The notes beneath the pieces were generated by a model. The model was not told where the DNA came from and did no database searches. It saw nothing but the letters and a program-made list of their open reading frames with translations. A DNA stretch of 64,000 nt, taken from Naegleria gruberi. Lineage: Eukaryota. The stretch is taken from NCBI GenBank assembly GCA_000004985.1, contig GG738868.1, one strand, 5' to 3'. Positions 1-10,765 of this stretch are shown piece by piece; position 1 is the first letter of the stretch, and each line of letters starts with the position of its first letter. The position numbers were made by a program, and so were the translations under genes.

Positions 1-65
1 GCTTGTTGCAAAGTTTCATAGTTGCATGAGTTCCATAATCAAATATTCAAAAAATAATTGCTTAC

Positions 66-2586
66 CTTGTGAAGACAGAAGGAAACACTTGATATTCTTT
101 TTTTGATTAAAACTGTCTACAAGACTTAATCGTTCTTGGTATTTTGTTACACTGCCATCAATTCTATTATATTTGATATTCATACTCTTAAGAATGACGC
201 CAATAATATCCAACATTCTTGTATATTGAGAAAATATTAGAACCTTGTGTCCATCATCAATACTCTTCTCTACGAGCTGCTTTATCATTTGGGCTTTGGT
301 ACTTTTGGCCAAAATGTTTTCTATAGGCTCCTCTCTAATTCTTTTCTTGATCATTTCTTCTTGGGCTTGTCTTAATTTTCTTTGTAGAGCTCGCTGTCTC
401 TTTTCATCTAAATCACTCATATCAAGAGTCATGGATGGCAATGCAGCCTCACTTAATAAATTATCTTCACTGTCATCAATGAAATCTTCTTCTGACTTTT
501 CCTCATTTTCATCTTGTTCCATCATTTCATTTTTAAGTTCCTCTTTCTTTTGTTTCAGTAATTCATCATAACCTGTGCACAACAAGGTATGATCACAAAT
601 CTGTTTCAAAATAATAATACCGACAAGAGGATTCAAAGTTCTGTTCAAAACTTGTTTGACTTGATCACTTAAAAGATAATCCTTGTACCAATTAATTTGG
701 TCCTCAGTAAGACTACACCAAACCACCAAATCATTCTTCTGGCCAATTTTGGCTGTAGTCGATTGATCCTCATTCTTGTACAATTGATTATCGATTGATA
801 ATACTGATTGTTTGGTTCGCATCATCATGTAGGGTTTGATTGTTTCTCGAAGGGAATCTGCTGCGTTATTTCCCATTAATTTTTCGAAAGGTGTAGCATC
901 TCTTTTTGTAGAGTGGTTGATAGGAATTGTGTACGATTCATTGAATTCTCTTTCAGAACCTAGCAATGTTTCTCCAAATATCCAAGAATAAAGAGCATAA
1001 AGCTCTGCAAGCCGATTCATTATCGGAGTGCCAGTAAGAGCAAATCTAGAGTGTGATGGTAATGTTTGCAGAGCCATAGAACATTTGGCATCTCTATTCT
1101 TAATTTTGTGAGCCTCATCTAATACAATTGAATCCAGTAGTAAATCATCAGAGAACTGTTCCTTTAAAAAGTCCACATGATTTGAAATGGTTTGATATGT
1201 TGAGATCATTACAGCTCCTCCATTATTTGCGTATCTATTGAACTGATTGACTAGACTCATCCTCTTCTTATTTCCTGATTTGTTACCTCCAACTTGGTGA
1301 AAGACTACAATACCCTGTAGACAATTATCTGTCCAAGCTAACAATTCTCTCTGCCAATTACCAATGACAGAATTAGGGCAAATAATTAAAACTCTAGAGG
1401 CTTTTTCAGAGAGGAAGAGCCCGTGGATAAGTGCAGATATTTGAATAGTTTTTCCTAATCCCATTTCGTCAGAAAGTATACCACCACGAAATCTTGTATC
1501 TAAGTGTCTTTCTGCCAACCATTTCAAACCAATTTGTTGATGATGGTATAGTTTTTCAAAGATTGTGGCTGATGTCACAAATGATACAATATCGTCATCT
1601 ACTGGAAGCACATAATGATCATTGACTACATCATATGACCATCCATTTTCAGAGCTCTTTAATTGATCTGCACTGACAGGGACACGTTTCTTCTTTTTTG
1701 TCTTTTTTGACTTGAATTCTACCTCACTCAACTCTGAATCAGAGTCAATTACCTCTTGATCATCCGACTCCTCATTCAATACTATTTCCTCTTCTACCAA
1801 TCCTTCCAAATATTCATCATCGTCATCTTCTGATAACTCTTGTTCGTATTCTTCCTCTTCTTCTGGTTCTTTCTTAGTGGTTTTACCAGTTGTTTTCGCC
1901 TCTTCCTCTTCCTCTTCTGAGAGCTCATATTCCTCCTCTTCTTCTGACTCTTCTTTCTTTTGTTTTTTATATCTTGGTGCATATTCTTCTTCGTCTGATG
2001 AGATAATGATTGAATCTGAAAGAAATGAATTGTTAGGCTCTTTTTTTTTGGGTTGTGGGATTTTCACTTCGTTATCATCACTTTCACTCAAATCTCCTTT
2101 AGGATTTGAAACTTTTTGTGTGAAAAGGTTTCGGTTCTTTCTTCTCATTGGTACATTGTTAACAATAGTTTCATTACTTGGAGTAGGGTTTGGTTTTAAA
2201 GGTGCCACAACTGAATTATTACGAGACTGCCTTGTTGGATATTTCTTAACTCTCTCATCCTCTTCATCATCTGATGATTCACTATCTTTCCCACTACTAG
2301 ATTGGGAATAGTTAATAACAATTTTTGTACCAACCAATGAAATGTCAGATTCTTCTTCTGAGGACTCCTCTGAGGAGGATGATAGTTCATTTTCTCTCAC
2401 CGATGACCAAGCCACTCTCCTTGTCCTAGTAGTTGATTTTGAATTTAGGCTCTTGTTGTGGAATGAGGTTTTTTCTTTTATCGGATCTTGTATTTTTGTA
2501 CTAGTGTTAGATAAATATGATGACGATCGTGTTATTCTCCTCTTTAATTCCATTTGTGGGTGTGATGTTTTATTGTTCGTTGGCAT
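66..2586 (-). CDS. SNF2-family DNA-dependent ATPase, ERCC6/Rad26-like (3' end outside window)
   Basis: Minus-strand ORF with ATG at 2586-2584. Motif I LSDEMGLGKTIQ, DEAH box LDEAHKIKN, helicase-C region GHKVLIFSQYTRMLDII...KCFLLSSQ. Acidic and Ser-rich N-terminal ~330 aa. The last real codons ...FLLSSQ(G) are followed on the minus strand by GTAAGC (plus 61-66), so the gene splices into an exon left of position 1. The ORF-track tail GKQLFFEYLIMELMQL is intron read-through. Confidence 0.75.
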
Positions 2587-2673
2587 GTTTAATAAATTAA
2601 TAAATTAAATATTTAACTAGCTGCACTGTTGCGTGTTGTGAGCTTTTTTTTTTGAGTTTTTAAATTTATAATT

Positions 2674-2685
2674 TTGGCGCCAAAC
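2674..2685. promoter_or_regulatory. Palindromic E2F-type site TTTGGCGCCAAA, 88 bp upstream of the SNF2 ATPase start codon
   Basis: Exact 12-bp palindrome matching the classical E2F/DP consensus TTTSSCGC. Related TGGCGCCA-core palindromes recur at 27256-27265 and 35371-35386 in two other promoters. Confidence 0.4.
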
Positions 2686-2941
2686 ATGAATTCTTTCAGA
2701 ATTTGGAAGTGATACTTTTAAATTTGTTTCAACACAAAAACAGATAGAAATGTTATTGGATATAGAAATTGAACAATTGCTCCAGAGACCTTTTCAAATG
2801 AAATGCCAATTACTTATTCTTGTTAGATTCTAAAATGGTTTATCAATAAGATGAAGTTTTGAGATGCTCTTTTGATTGCTTAATACTGTTAAACTGTTAA
2901 ACATAATAACAAATCTGTTGAAAGTAACTCAGATTTTTGAT

Positions 2942-3055
2942 ATCATTCTATCTTCAATTTAGTCAGAGTCGTGATCAAGTGCATATTCTGGATATTCAGT
3001 TTCTTGTTCAAGTATTTATGACCACGACTCTGACTAAATTGAAGATACTAATGAT
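2942..3055. repeat. Inverted repeat (hairpin/MITE-like): 23-bp perfect arms 2951-2973 and 3023-3045 around a 49-bp loop
   Basis: tcttcaatttagtcagagtcgtg at 2951-2973 is the exact reverse complement of cacgactctgactaaattgaaga at 3023-3045. Imperfect pairing extends further on both sides (atcattcta / tactaatgat). Lies in the shared upstream region of the SNF2 and DCAF11 genes. Confidence 0.8.
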
Positions 3056-3506
3056 CTAAATTGAACATTGAGAATCCTTAAAAAAGCTTCCTTACTGATG
3101 ATCATCCAAGAGGAAATACAATTCCTCTCACACATGAATAACAATTTAAACACCTAGGACAAACGAACATTAAATATTCTAATCGAACATAATTAGTGCT
3201 TTCTCCCTACCCTGTTTTTCTATGGAAACTTTCAGGAACAACAATTCTCTACTCCTCTGTTTGAACGCCATATGCGTGCGTATTATTTAGGATTTAAAGA
3301 AAAATTTGTCTCAACAACGATCTGCAGTGTGTTGCTTCATCTCTCAATAATTACGCATCACACAAATATTAACGATAATTGGCACATTCGTGTTGTTATA
3401 TAGTATTTAGAGTATTGAATAGACTTCTTCCGAGAACAGTTGTGATATATAGTATTATTTATTCTATAGTATATAGTGTTGTAAATTTGTAAATAGTACA
3501 AGAAAG

Positions 3507-5303
3507 ATGAGGCGTATGTTTCAAGTATACTTGACACAATACTTGCGTGCCTTGGAGGATAATGAAGATGAGGAGGAAGTAGATGCAAATCAAATGTTAG
3601 ATGATGACGATGAAAACGGAGGTAATGATAATATGAGTGATGATGATGATGACGATGACTCTGATGATGAGGAAACTTTACAACCTGTAATATTGACACG
3701 TGGAGGTGGAAGGACTTCATCTCGATTGAGTACACGATCTGCTCAATCACGTCTTAGAGAAGAGGAAAAGGAAAAACAATTCCAGGATAAATTAAGTGAA
3801 TTACTGAAAACCCTCAATGAACACGATATTGCTCAAACCATTAGAGCACATACAGGGCAATACTGCAAAAATAGTGAGGAATTAGTAGAAAAAATTGAAA
3901 AGATTAATTATTATAGTGGTGTAAATTATACTCAAAAGAAGGGATTAATCTACCAATTGCATAGAAGAAAGATTGGTAACTGTACAAATGGAGCCCTTCA
4001 TAGAAATACAGCCTTAACATCGCCCAGTGACTTGCCAAGCATGGCCTCACGTTTCTTGCCCTCTCTTAATAGAGGGCCAATTGGGAAATCTGAAGCTTAC
4101 ATGTTTTGTGGACAATTCTCTCTGGATGGAAAATTTTTCATGAGTGCCTCTCAAGACCAAGTTATTCGAATCTATGATGTAAATACTATTCTCCTCAAAA
4201 AATCTACAATATCAACCGCAAGTAAACCAAACAATGACAGTCAGTCGTCAAGAATGGAGGATGATGACGTTTGGGACTCTGAGGATGATGAAGAAAATTC
4301 AACAAACGATCAAACAGATTTTGGAAATAATTCAACTGTGAAACATATTCGAGAAATCCATGCTAGAGATGTTGGATGGAGTATTATTGATTGTAATCCA
4401 TCCCCAGATAATAAGTTATTAGTGTACAGTAGTTGGAGTCCATATATTCATTTGGCAACCTTTGCTCCTCAGGATTATGATCCAAATGAAGATATTGATA
4501 AGAGACTCAAATATATAGAAAAGCATGAACAATTATATCTCAATCCAGGAAATTACAGATTTTGTGCTTTTGCTGTTCGTTTCAGTCCTGATGGAAAGGA
4601 AATCCTGGCAGGTTCTAACGATGACCATCTCTATATTTATGATTTGGAGAAGAATGTAAGAACTGAAAAAATACATGCTCACAAATCTGATATTAACACT
4701 GTATGTTATGCAGGCTCATCATGTCCAAACCTATTCTATTCTGGCAGTGACGATGGATTATGTAAGGTTTGGGATAGACGTCAGTGCTCAACATCATCCT
4801 CAACACCTGTAGGTATATTGGCAGGCCACTCTGATGGTATTACATGTGTCACTTCAAAAGGAGATGGCAGATATTTTATCAGTAATGGTAAAGATCAAAC
4901 CTGCAAGTTGTGGGACATTAGAAAGATGGCTGACTCTGCCCCACAAATTCCAAGAGCAAGTAATTTATGGGACTACAGATATGAAGCTGCTCCTTCACGA
5001 CATGCCAGAGTGATACACCCACATGATCAATCCTTAATGACCTACACTGGTCATCACGTCCTGCAAACCTTGATTAGATGCTACTTTAGTCCAATGAGTA
5101 CCACCGGACAACAGTACATTTATACAGGTAGTCATGATGGTATTGTATACATTTTCGATATTCTAACTGGACAAATAGTCAAACGACTTTATGGACATTC
5201 TCACATTGTCAGAGATGTCAATTGGCACCCATATTTACCTGTTTTGTTCTCTTCCTCTTGGGACGGCACATGTTTAATGTGGTCTCACAATAATCTTAAT
5301 TAA
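3507..5303 (+). CDS. DCAF11: DCAF11/WDR23-like WD40 substrate receptor (DDB1-CUL4 associated factor 11)
   Basis: Single 598-aa ORF with acidic N-terminus. Extended collinear similarity to DCAF11: FCGQFSLDGKFFMSASQDQVIRIYD, ARDVGWSIIDCNPSPD..LVYSSWSPYIHL, FSPDGKEILAGSNDDHLYIYD, SGSDDGLCKVWDRR, PVGILAGHSDGITCVTSKGDGRYFISNGKDQTCKLWDIR, SLMTYTGHHVLQTLIRCYFSP, SSSWDGTCLMW. Confidence 0.85.
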   Translation: MRRMFQVYLTQYLRALEDNEDEEEVDANQMLDDDDENGGNDNMSDDDDDDDSDDEETLQPVILTRGGGRTSSRLSTRSAQSRLREEEKEKQFQDKLSELLKTLNEHDIAQTIRAHTGQYCKNSEELVEKIEKINYYSGVNYTQKKGLIYQLHRRKIGNCTNGALHRNTALTSPSDLPSMASRFLPSLNRGPIGKSEAYMFCGQFSLDGKFFMSASQDQVIRIYDVNTILLKKSTISTASKPNNDSQSSRMEDDDVWDSEDDEENSTNDQTDFGNNSTVKHIREIHARDVGWSIIDCNPSPDNKLLVYSSWSPYIHLATFAPQDYDPNEDIDKRLKYIEKHEQLYLNPGNYRFCAFAVRFSPDGKEILAGSNDDHLYIYDLEKNVRTEKIHAHKSDINTVCYAGSSCPNLFYSGSDDGLCKVWDRRQCSTSSSTPVGILAGHSDGITCVTSKGDGRYFISNGKDQTCKLWDIRKMADSAPQIPRASNLWDYRYEAAPSRHARVIHPHDQSLMTYTGHHVLQTLIRCYFSPMSTTGQQYIYTGSHDGIVYIFDILTGQIVKRLYGHSHIVRDVNWHPYLPVLFSSSWDGTCLMWSHNNLN

Positions 5304-6330
5304 CCAAGTGTTAATGAAATTCTTCACTACTCCCATATAAAAAACTAAATTATTCTTCTATGACATTACAATTTTGAATTAACAACAATTAATTGATCAA
5401 TCTAAAACAGCAAAACAACGAGGTTGATAGAACGTTGCAATTAATGTGATGAAGAATTTGATTAAGAAACATCTGTAATCCATGTAATCACATTGAATCT
5501 TGTAACCTTCATTGTATTAAGATTTGCATTAGAATTGATCAAGAAATGTTCATGTAGCGTATTGGCTACTTTTGAATCAGACTTGCCTTCTCAATTCCCG
5601 TACTTGAAGTGAACACGTTATTGAAGATCTTTAATTTTTATTAAGGAAAATTTTTATCAAAAAAAACTTGTCCTACTGTTTGATTACAGGGTTTTTCCAA
5701 AAGTAATTTCTCCTTACTTTTATGGATCTGATACAGCAAACAAACACTTCAATCACCCTCAAGTATGATTGCAAGTTATTTTTAATGTTGAACAAACTCT
5801 CACTCCCTGTCAACTCCTCTCAAAATCCACATAAAAGATTAAGAGAGATGAGAGTATCACCTCCAATAAGACTTCATATCACTTGTCCAGCTAGAGATTT
5901 GTTCCAAAAAACTCAATTACAAAACCTTTAGTAGAAGATTTTTCATGAGAACAATTCGTAGTTCACTACACAACTTAAAATATAGCCATTATTGTATCCG
6001 TAAATGCCAAACCTCAAATATCTCTCACTGAAAGAGTCTCCCATATCTCCAAACCAGTTATGTTTTCTTCCTTATTCATCAGAAGAGTTTTTTTCAATTT
6101 GCCTACTCACTGTTCGTCTGGTCTCAACAAGGAGTCTAAGAGCGCATCGTCGCGTGGATCCCTTACAGTATATTAGAGGTTCGACGAATATTATATTCAT
6201 GAGACCGAACAAAGCTACATTATTTTAAAACAAAAACACCACAACAAAAAAAAACCTCAAAATACCCAACTCTAAGAGAGATTAAAACAACAACCCGATA
6301 TCACTCACTACCACAAACAAACCCTCAGAA

Positions 6331-7005
6331 ATGTTATTTCAACTGAATTGGAGAAAGAAGGAACAAACAGGCAAGGATTCTACCTCAGCAAGTTCGACAC
6401 CTACTAATGTATCGATAGGTGGAGGAAGATCAAGAAGTGTTAGCGCACCTATGGAATATAACCCAGACTCGAAAGAACACAGATTGCGAATCATCTTTAA
6501 TATGTTTGATGGAAATAATGATGGAAAGCTTACAGCAGAAGAAGTTAAGGACTTTTTGTCATCCGTATACGATAAAAAGTACATTGAAAACTTATCCTCG
6601 ACATGGAATTTGAGCAAGGGTTTGACCTTTAAGGAATTCCTAGAAATTTGCGGCAGAACCGAACAAGAAACAGAAAATGATGAAAAACAACAAGAATCAT
6701 CGGGATCAAATACATTTTGGAAGTTTAAACCATTTAGTGCTTTGAAGAAGAAGGATAAGGAGCAAGAAATTGTTCTGTCTCAAGATTTTGATGAAAATGA
6801 ATTAAGGAGAGCTTTTGAAGAAGTTTTTGATACAAATCGAGATGGTGTTCTCACCAAGAATGAATTTAAAAAGGTTTTGAAAAATCTCAGAATTGGTGAA
6901 GCATTTAACGATGAAGAAATTGAACAATTGTTTGATTCTGTAGTGACGAATAATGTACTCAAATTTGAACACTTTATGGCTTTATTGAAAGATATTACTA
7001 ATTAA
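6331..7005 (+). CDS. EF-hand calcium-binding protein
   Basis: 224-aa ORF. Canonical EF-hand loops FDGNNDGKLTAEEVKDF and FDTNRDGVLTKNEFKKV. Ser/Thr-rich N-terminus. Confidence 0.7.
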   Translation: MLFQLNWRKKEQTGKDSTSASSTPTNVSIGGGRSRSVSAPMEYNPDSKEHRLRIIFNMFDGNNDGKLTAEEVKDFLSSVYDKKYIENLSSTWNLSKGLTFKEFLEICGRTEQETENDEKQQESSGSNTFWKFKPFSALKKKDKEQEIVLSQDFDENELRRAFEEVFDTNRDGVLTKNEFKKVLKNLRIGEAFNDEEIEQLFDSVVTNNVLKFEHFMALLKDITN

Positions 7006-7052
7006 TCATCTAGGTTTTGTAAATTATAAATGTACATTAAAATAAATTAAAA

Positions 7053-8267
7053 CTATCTATTCTTTTCGAAAACAACTTTCCCTAATAAAAAGTCAACTAG
7101 TTTCTGAACTGTTGCCTTTCCACGAAGGCAATTTACATCCGTTATATGACTTTCCTCACTTTCATTGTCCTTAATTTGGAATTGAATAGTATTATTTCTC
7201 TTCTTGATTGTGACAATATCAAAATCCATCTCTGCAAGTTCCTTCTCCGAAATAAATGATTTGTTCTTTGAACGTTTTGATGAAGAGGATTGAGATGTTG
7301 GTGGTGGAATTTCAATGTCATTATCTTCTGGTTCGATCATTTGATTTTTCTTAGAGGAGGATGATCTTGTTGAGCTAGCTTCATCATCACTACTGAAAAC
7401 CATTGTATCACTTGGTGTGGATTTTACAGAACTACTTGAAGGTAATGAAGAGGTCTTGCTTACCACAACCTTCTTATAGGATGTTGTTGATTTGTTATAC
7501 TTGGAAATGAATTTGAATGGCACTTCATTCTCTGGTTCCCAAGTATTAATTGGAAAATCTCTCCACTGCACTAAATATTCTGTCGAATTTTTGTATTTTC
7601 TTGAATTTAGAACCTTGTCATGCACAAATTTACACTGTCCTCGTTTATATTCACTGCTAAAGTTTGGATAAATATCATTCTCAAACTTGTTCAGCATTTC
7701 TGTAAGCTTTTCCAAGTGTGCATGAGGTTCCCATGAAGAATCTTTAATTGACCAATGTTTCCACTTTACAAGATAGTTTGCTTTTGAATTCTTTGTTTTT
7801 TTCAACAGAATAGCTTCCACCTCATACTCATCCTCAGCTTGATCGGAATCTTCATCCTCTTCTGCTTCCTCAGATTGAATTTGTTTACTTCTCTTTTTAT
7901 CAATCATTCTCCTAGTAGGTTTTGATTCGGATGATGGTTCACTCTTAGATTTAGAACTGCTACTTCTAGTAACTCTCTTAGTGGATGATTCCTCCTCCTC
8001 CTCACCATCATCATCATCTGAATCTTTTTTTCTCCTCTTTGGAGTTGTTATTGCTGTTGGTGTTGATTTATCATTCAAGTCTCTCTTTCTTTTACTCCCA
8101 GAATCAGATTGTTCATCATCACTTTCTGGAATTGTTTGTTTAGATGATGATCCGCTACCACTACTACTACCCACACCACCTGATGATGATGACGATGCTG
8201 CAAACGATGAAGTGATGGGATCGCTGTCATACTCCTCATCCATATTGACTTCACGAGAGAGTCGCAT
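7053..8267 (-). CDS. HP1/Swi6-like chromodomain protein (chromo plus chromoshadow-like domain)
   Basis: 404-aa ORF. Ser/acidic N-terminal half, then chromodomain EYEVEAILLKKTKNSKANYLVKWKHWSIKDSSWEPHAHL and a second chromo/shadow-like module STEYLVQWRDFPINTWEPENEV. Confidence 0.6.
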   Translation of the reverse strand: MRLSREVNMDEEYDSDPITSSFAASSSSSGGVGSSSGSGSSSKQTIPESDDEQSDSGSKRKRDLNDKSTPTAITTPKRRKKDSDDDDGEEEEESSTKRVTRSSSSKSKSEPSSESKPTRRMIDKKRSKQIQSEEAEEDEDSDQAEDEYEVEAILLKKTKNSKANYLVKWKHWSIKDSSWEPHAHLEKLTEMLNKFENDIYPNFSSEYKRGQCKFVHDKVLNSRKYKNSTEYLVQWRDFPINTWEPENEVPFKFISKYNKSTTSYKKVVVSKTSSLPSSSSVKSTPSDTMVFSSDDEASSTRSSSSKKNQMIEPEDNDIEIPPPTSQSSSSKRSKNKSFISEKELAEMDFDIVTIKKRNNTIQFQIKDNESEESHITDVNCLRGKATVQKLVDFLLGKVVFEKNR

Positions 8268-8402
8268 TTTTTTTTGTGTTTTTTTTAAATTTTAAAAAAT
8301 ATTTTTCCGTGTAACGGAAATTGTTTTGAGAATCATTTTCAAACATTTACAGTTTTACTGAGGAATACATAATAAGAGATGATGAAAGGAATAAGGTGAT
8401 AA

Positions 8403-10196
8403 TTATTCTGAGAGATCTATGAGGGGAACGTTTAAAAAGTTCAATTGTTCAAAACAATGATCAAGACCATTGAGAATGGCTTGCTGTTTTTCTCTCAATT
8501 CTTCATTCGAAAGTTTTCCAATAAATTGTTCAATTCTGAAGGAAATCAAGTTTGAAACGTGTGGTAGGAGCATTACATATATGGGATATACAATATTTTT
8601 CATTTGATTGTAAACTGGTTTTTGAACTATTCCCATGTGAAAGAAAAAGTGTGAAAAGAGTTTTGAAAACTTACTAGAAGTGAAACTGCATGATTTTGTT
8701 GCATCTGAAAGAGTTGGCTCACAGAAAACATATAAATATAAATATCTTCTCAAACACTTATCAATTGCTCTGATTAAGAAACCATCCACTTTAAAAGTTC
8801 CTCTGTATGAATTTTTAAGTTTTGTTCTTTGAGATTCAAAATTTTTCATATACTCATTGGCATCATTGGGATTTGAAACACTTTCGAATAGCTTGGTAAC
8901 AGGTGTCTGAAGTAAATGTTCAACCTCACTCTTGGATGGGAACTTAGCCAATTGGTTACAAATGAATTCCTCACTAATTCCATTACCTTTGAAACTTTCA
9001 AATACATGTTTTGCGTACTTGTCAACTTGTGATTGAAAGTAAATTCTTGCGCTTGTACTTGGATTCACACATTTACTTCTTCTAAAGTGGTGATGAAAAA
9101 CTGTCTGGTCTTTCACATAGCCAATATAACTATCTAGTCCTAAATATCTTTCCAATAAGCCAGTAATCACGAATGAATAATATGTTTCATCAATGGAGGC
9201 ACAATAACTTTCAAACAATGATATCATCCTGTTAGAATCTCTTGGATAGACCAATGAATATTCCTCATCCGTTGAAACAATAGTACAATCAAATTCCTTC
9301 ACCTCAGAATCAATCTTATCCAATGGAACATGTGGATAAACCCTAAAAGATGGTCCTGGCAACCCTGTCTCCATACTAAAATCCACATATGGAAGTGAAT
9401 GTATACCCTCTTGTTCCTCTCTCAAAAATCTATCTTTACCAGAATATCCTCTCGAAAACAGAAAATAGGCAGAACATGGACAACTGCTCTTAAAATTCAA
9501 ATCAGTTACCAAATTCTTGAATAGCCTCTTAATGCTCTTGTTTGGTAGATTAACTTGATTGATAATATCCATTAAGAATGTGTTGTTAGTATTTCCTAAT
9601 TGTCTTGTTTCAGTCAACAAGTAGAAAAGTTTGAATATTTTCAAATAGATGGAATATTGTACTCTGTGATATTTGAAACTGGATAACGAATTCTGATTCC
9701 ATGTATATTCAGAATTGAAATTAGTTTCACAAAACATGTGATCCATGATGATTGAGCTCATAAAATGAACCATTTGACTTTTACAACTTATCTTGACAAT
9801 ATTAAAATCCCTTTCTTCCACTTTTCTAACAGTATTCGAAAATAAGTCCTTAAACCAAAACGAATCATCTTTCAAAAAGGTCCTTATTCTTTCCTCTCTC
9901 TCATCATTCCACAATTTCATCTGAATCCAATCCTCAATCAGTCCAATCAAGTTAGGATACATGTATTCAAATTGTTTTTTCCACAATTTTGAATTTTGTA
10001 AAATTAATTTTCTCATATTTCGATTCAAAATTGTAAAATTCATAATCAACTCTTTAGGATGAAAAAACTCTGCCATAAAATAACCAACAAAAAACTCAAC
10101 TCCAAAATCATTGATCATGAAAGAAAATTCGTTCTTTGCCTTCATACGATCGTTCACAACACTTGTTGGTGTTGTGTGGCATTGTTTTGAAGGCAT
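8403..10196 (-). CDS. Hypothetical 597-aa protein with no recognisable domain
   Basis: Long uninterrupted ORF with ATG at 10196-10194. Normal amino-acid composition and no convincing motifs. Confidence 0.4.
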   Translation of the reverse strand: MPSKQCHTTPTSVVNDRMKAKNEFSFMINDFGVEFFVGYFMAEFFHPKELIMNFTILNRNMRKLILQNSKLWKKQFEYMYPNLIGLIEDWIQMKLWNDEREERIRTFLKDDSFWFKDLFSNTVRKVEERDFNIVKISCKSQMVHFMSSIIMDHMFCETNFNSEYTWNQNSLSSFKYHRVQYSIYLKIFKLFYLLTETRQLGNTNNTFLMDIINQVNLPNKSIKRLFKNLVTDLNFKSSCPCSAYFLFSRGYSGKDRFLREEQEGIHSLPYVDFSMETGLPGPSFRVYPHVPLDKIDSEVKEFDCTIVSTDEEYSLVYPRDSNRMISLFESYCASIDETYYSFVITGLLERYLGLDSYIGYVKDQTVFHHHFRRSKCVNPSTSARIYFQSQVDKYAKHVFESFKGNGISEEFICNQLAKFPSKSEVEHLLQTPVTKLFESVSNPNDANEYMKNFESQRTKLKNSYRGTFKVDGFLIRAIDKCLRRYLYLYVFCEPTLSDATKSCSFTSSKFSKLFSHFFFHMGIVQKPVYNQMKNIVYPIYVMLLPHVSNLISFRIEQFIGKLSNEELREKQQAILNGLDHCFEQLNFLNVPLIDLSE

Positions 10197-10765
10197 TTTT
10201 TTGGTTGACTGAAGTTAGAGAGTTACAGTTTTGAGGCAAGAAATACTTCGATTAATGAAAACTGATTATTGCGATACTCCCGTTTAGATTGTCGTAGTGG
10301 AAGCAACAATTTCTAGTTCAAAACTGTGTGAAATCATCTAAAACATAATTTATATTTTTGTAATTTTTACTGTTAGTAAGATTGCTATAACAATACTGGA
10401 GGTTACTTGATTTAAGTGGTTTTCTTAGAATTGAATTGGTTGAACAGTTGTGGACAGTTTTATTGAGAAGTAAGAATGAGAAATGGTAACACCTCAATAT
10501 CTTCTCACTATCGAAAATGAAAGGATATTAGTTTACAACACTCCATGTAACTTCTGTAAAACCTTAACTGGACAATTACTATTCCATACCATCACCACCG
10601 TTTGACAGATAGGTGAATGACACCAGCTATATAACAATACTCTGAAGAACCAATTCATCAGAAGCAGTATTGATCTTGGTGTATCCCACAGACAGTAAGT
10701 AGTGAGAAATACATTGTAAAAATGTTGTAAGAGATGAGGTTTATGTCTAATGTACACAATCCACC

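Noticed and set aside
16-66. ORF-track C-terminus of the SNF2 protein (...GKQLFFEYLIMELMQL, stop at 16-18)
   Set aside because: A GTAAGC donor follows the codons FLLSSQ(G), and helicase motif V (expected after FLLS..) is missing. The tail is intron read-through, and the true 3' exons lie outside the window.
245-2608. Plus-strand ORFs 245-571, 1877-2311 and 2342-2608 overlapping the SNF2 gene
   Set aside because: They are low-complexity mirror frames (Ser/Phe-rich) of the acidic/Ser-rich coding strand. The minus-strand frame carries all helicase motifs.
3358-3750. 130-aa His-rich ORF on the minus strand
   Set aside because: Antisense translation of the GAT/GAC-rich acidic tract of the DCAF11 N-terminus; no independent support.
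6100-6215. tRNA-like reading of the GGTTCGACG segment
   Set aside because: No complementary T-stem or acceptor stem could be formed; it is kept only as an unexplained GC island.
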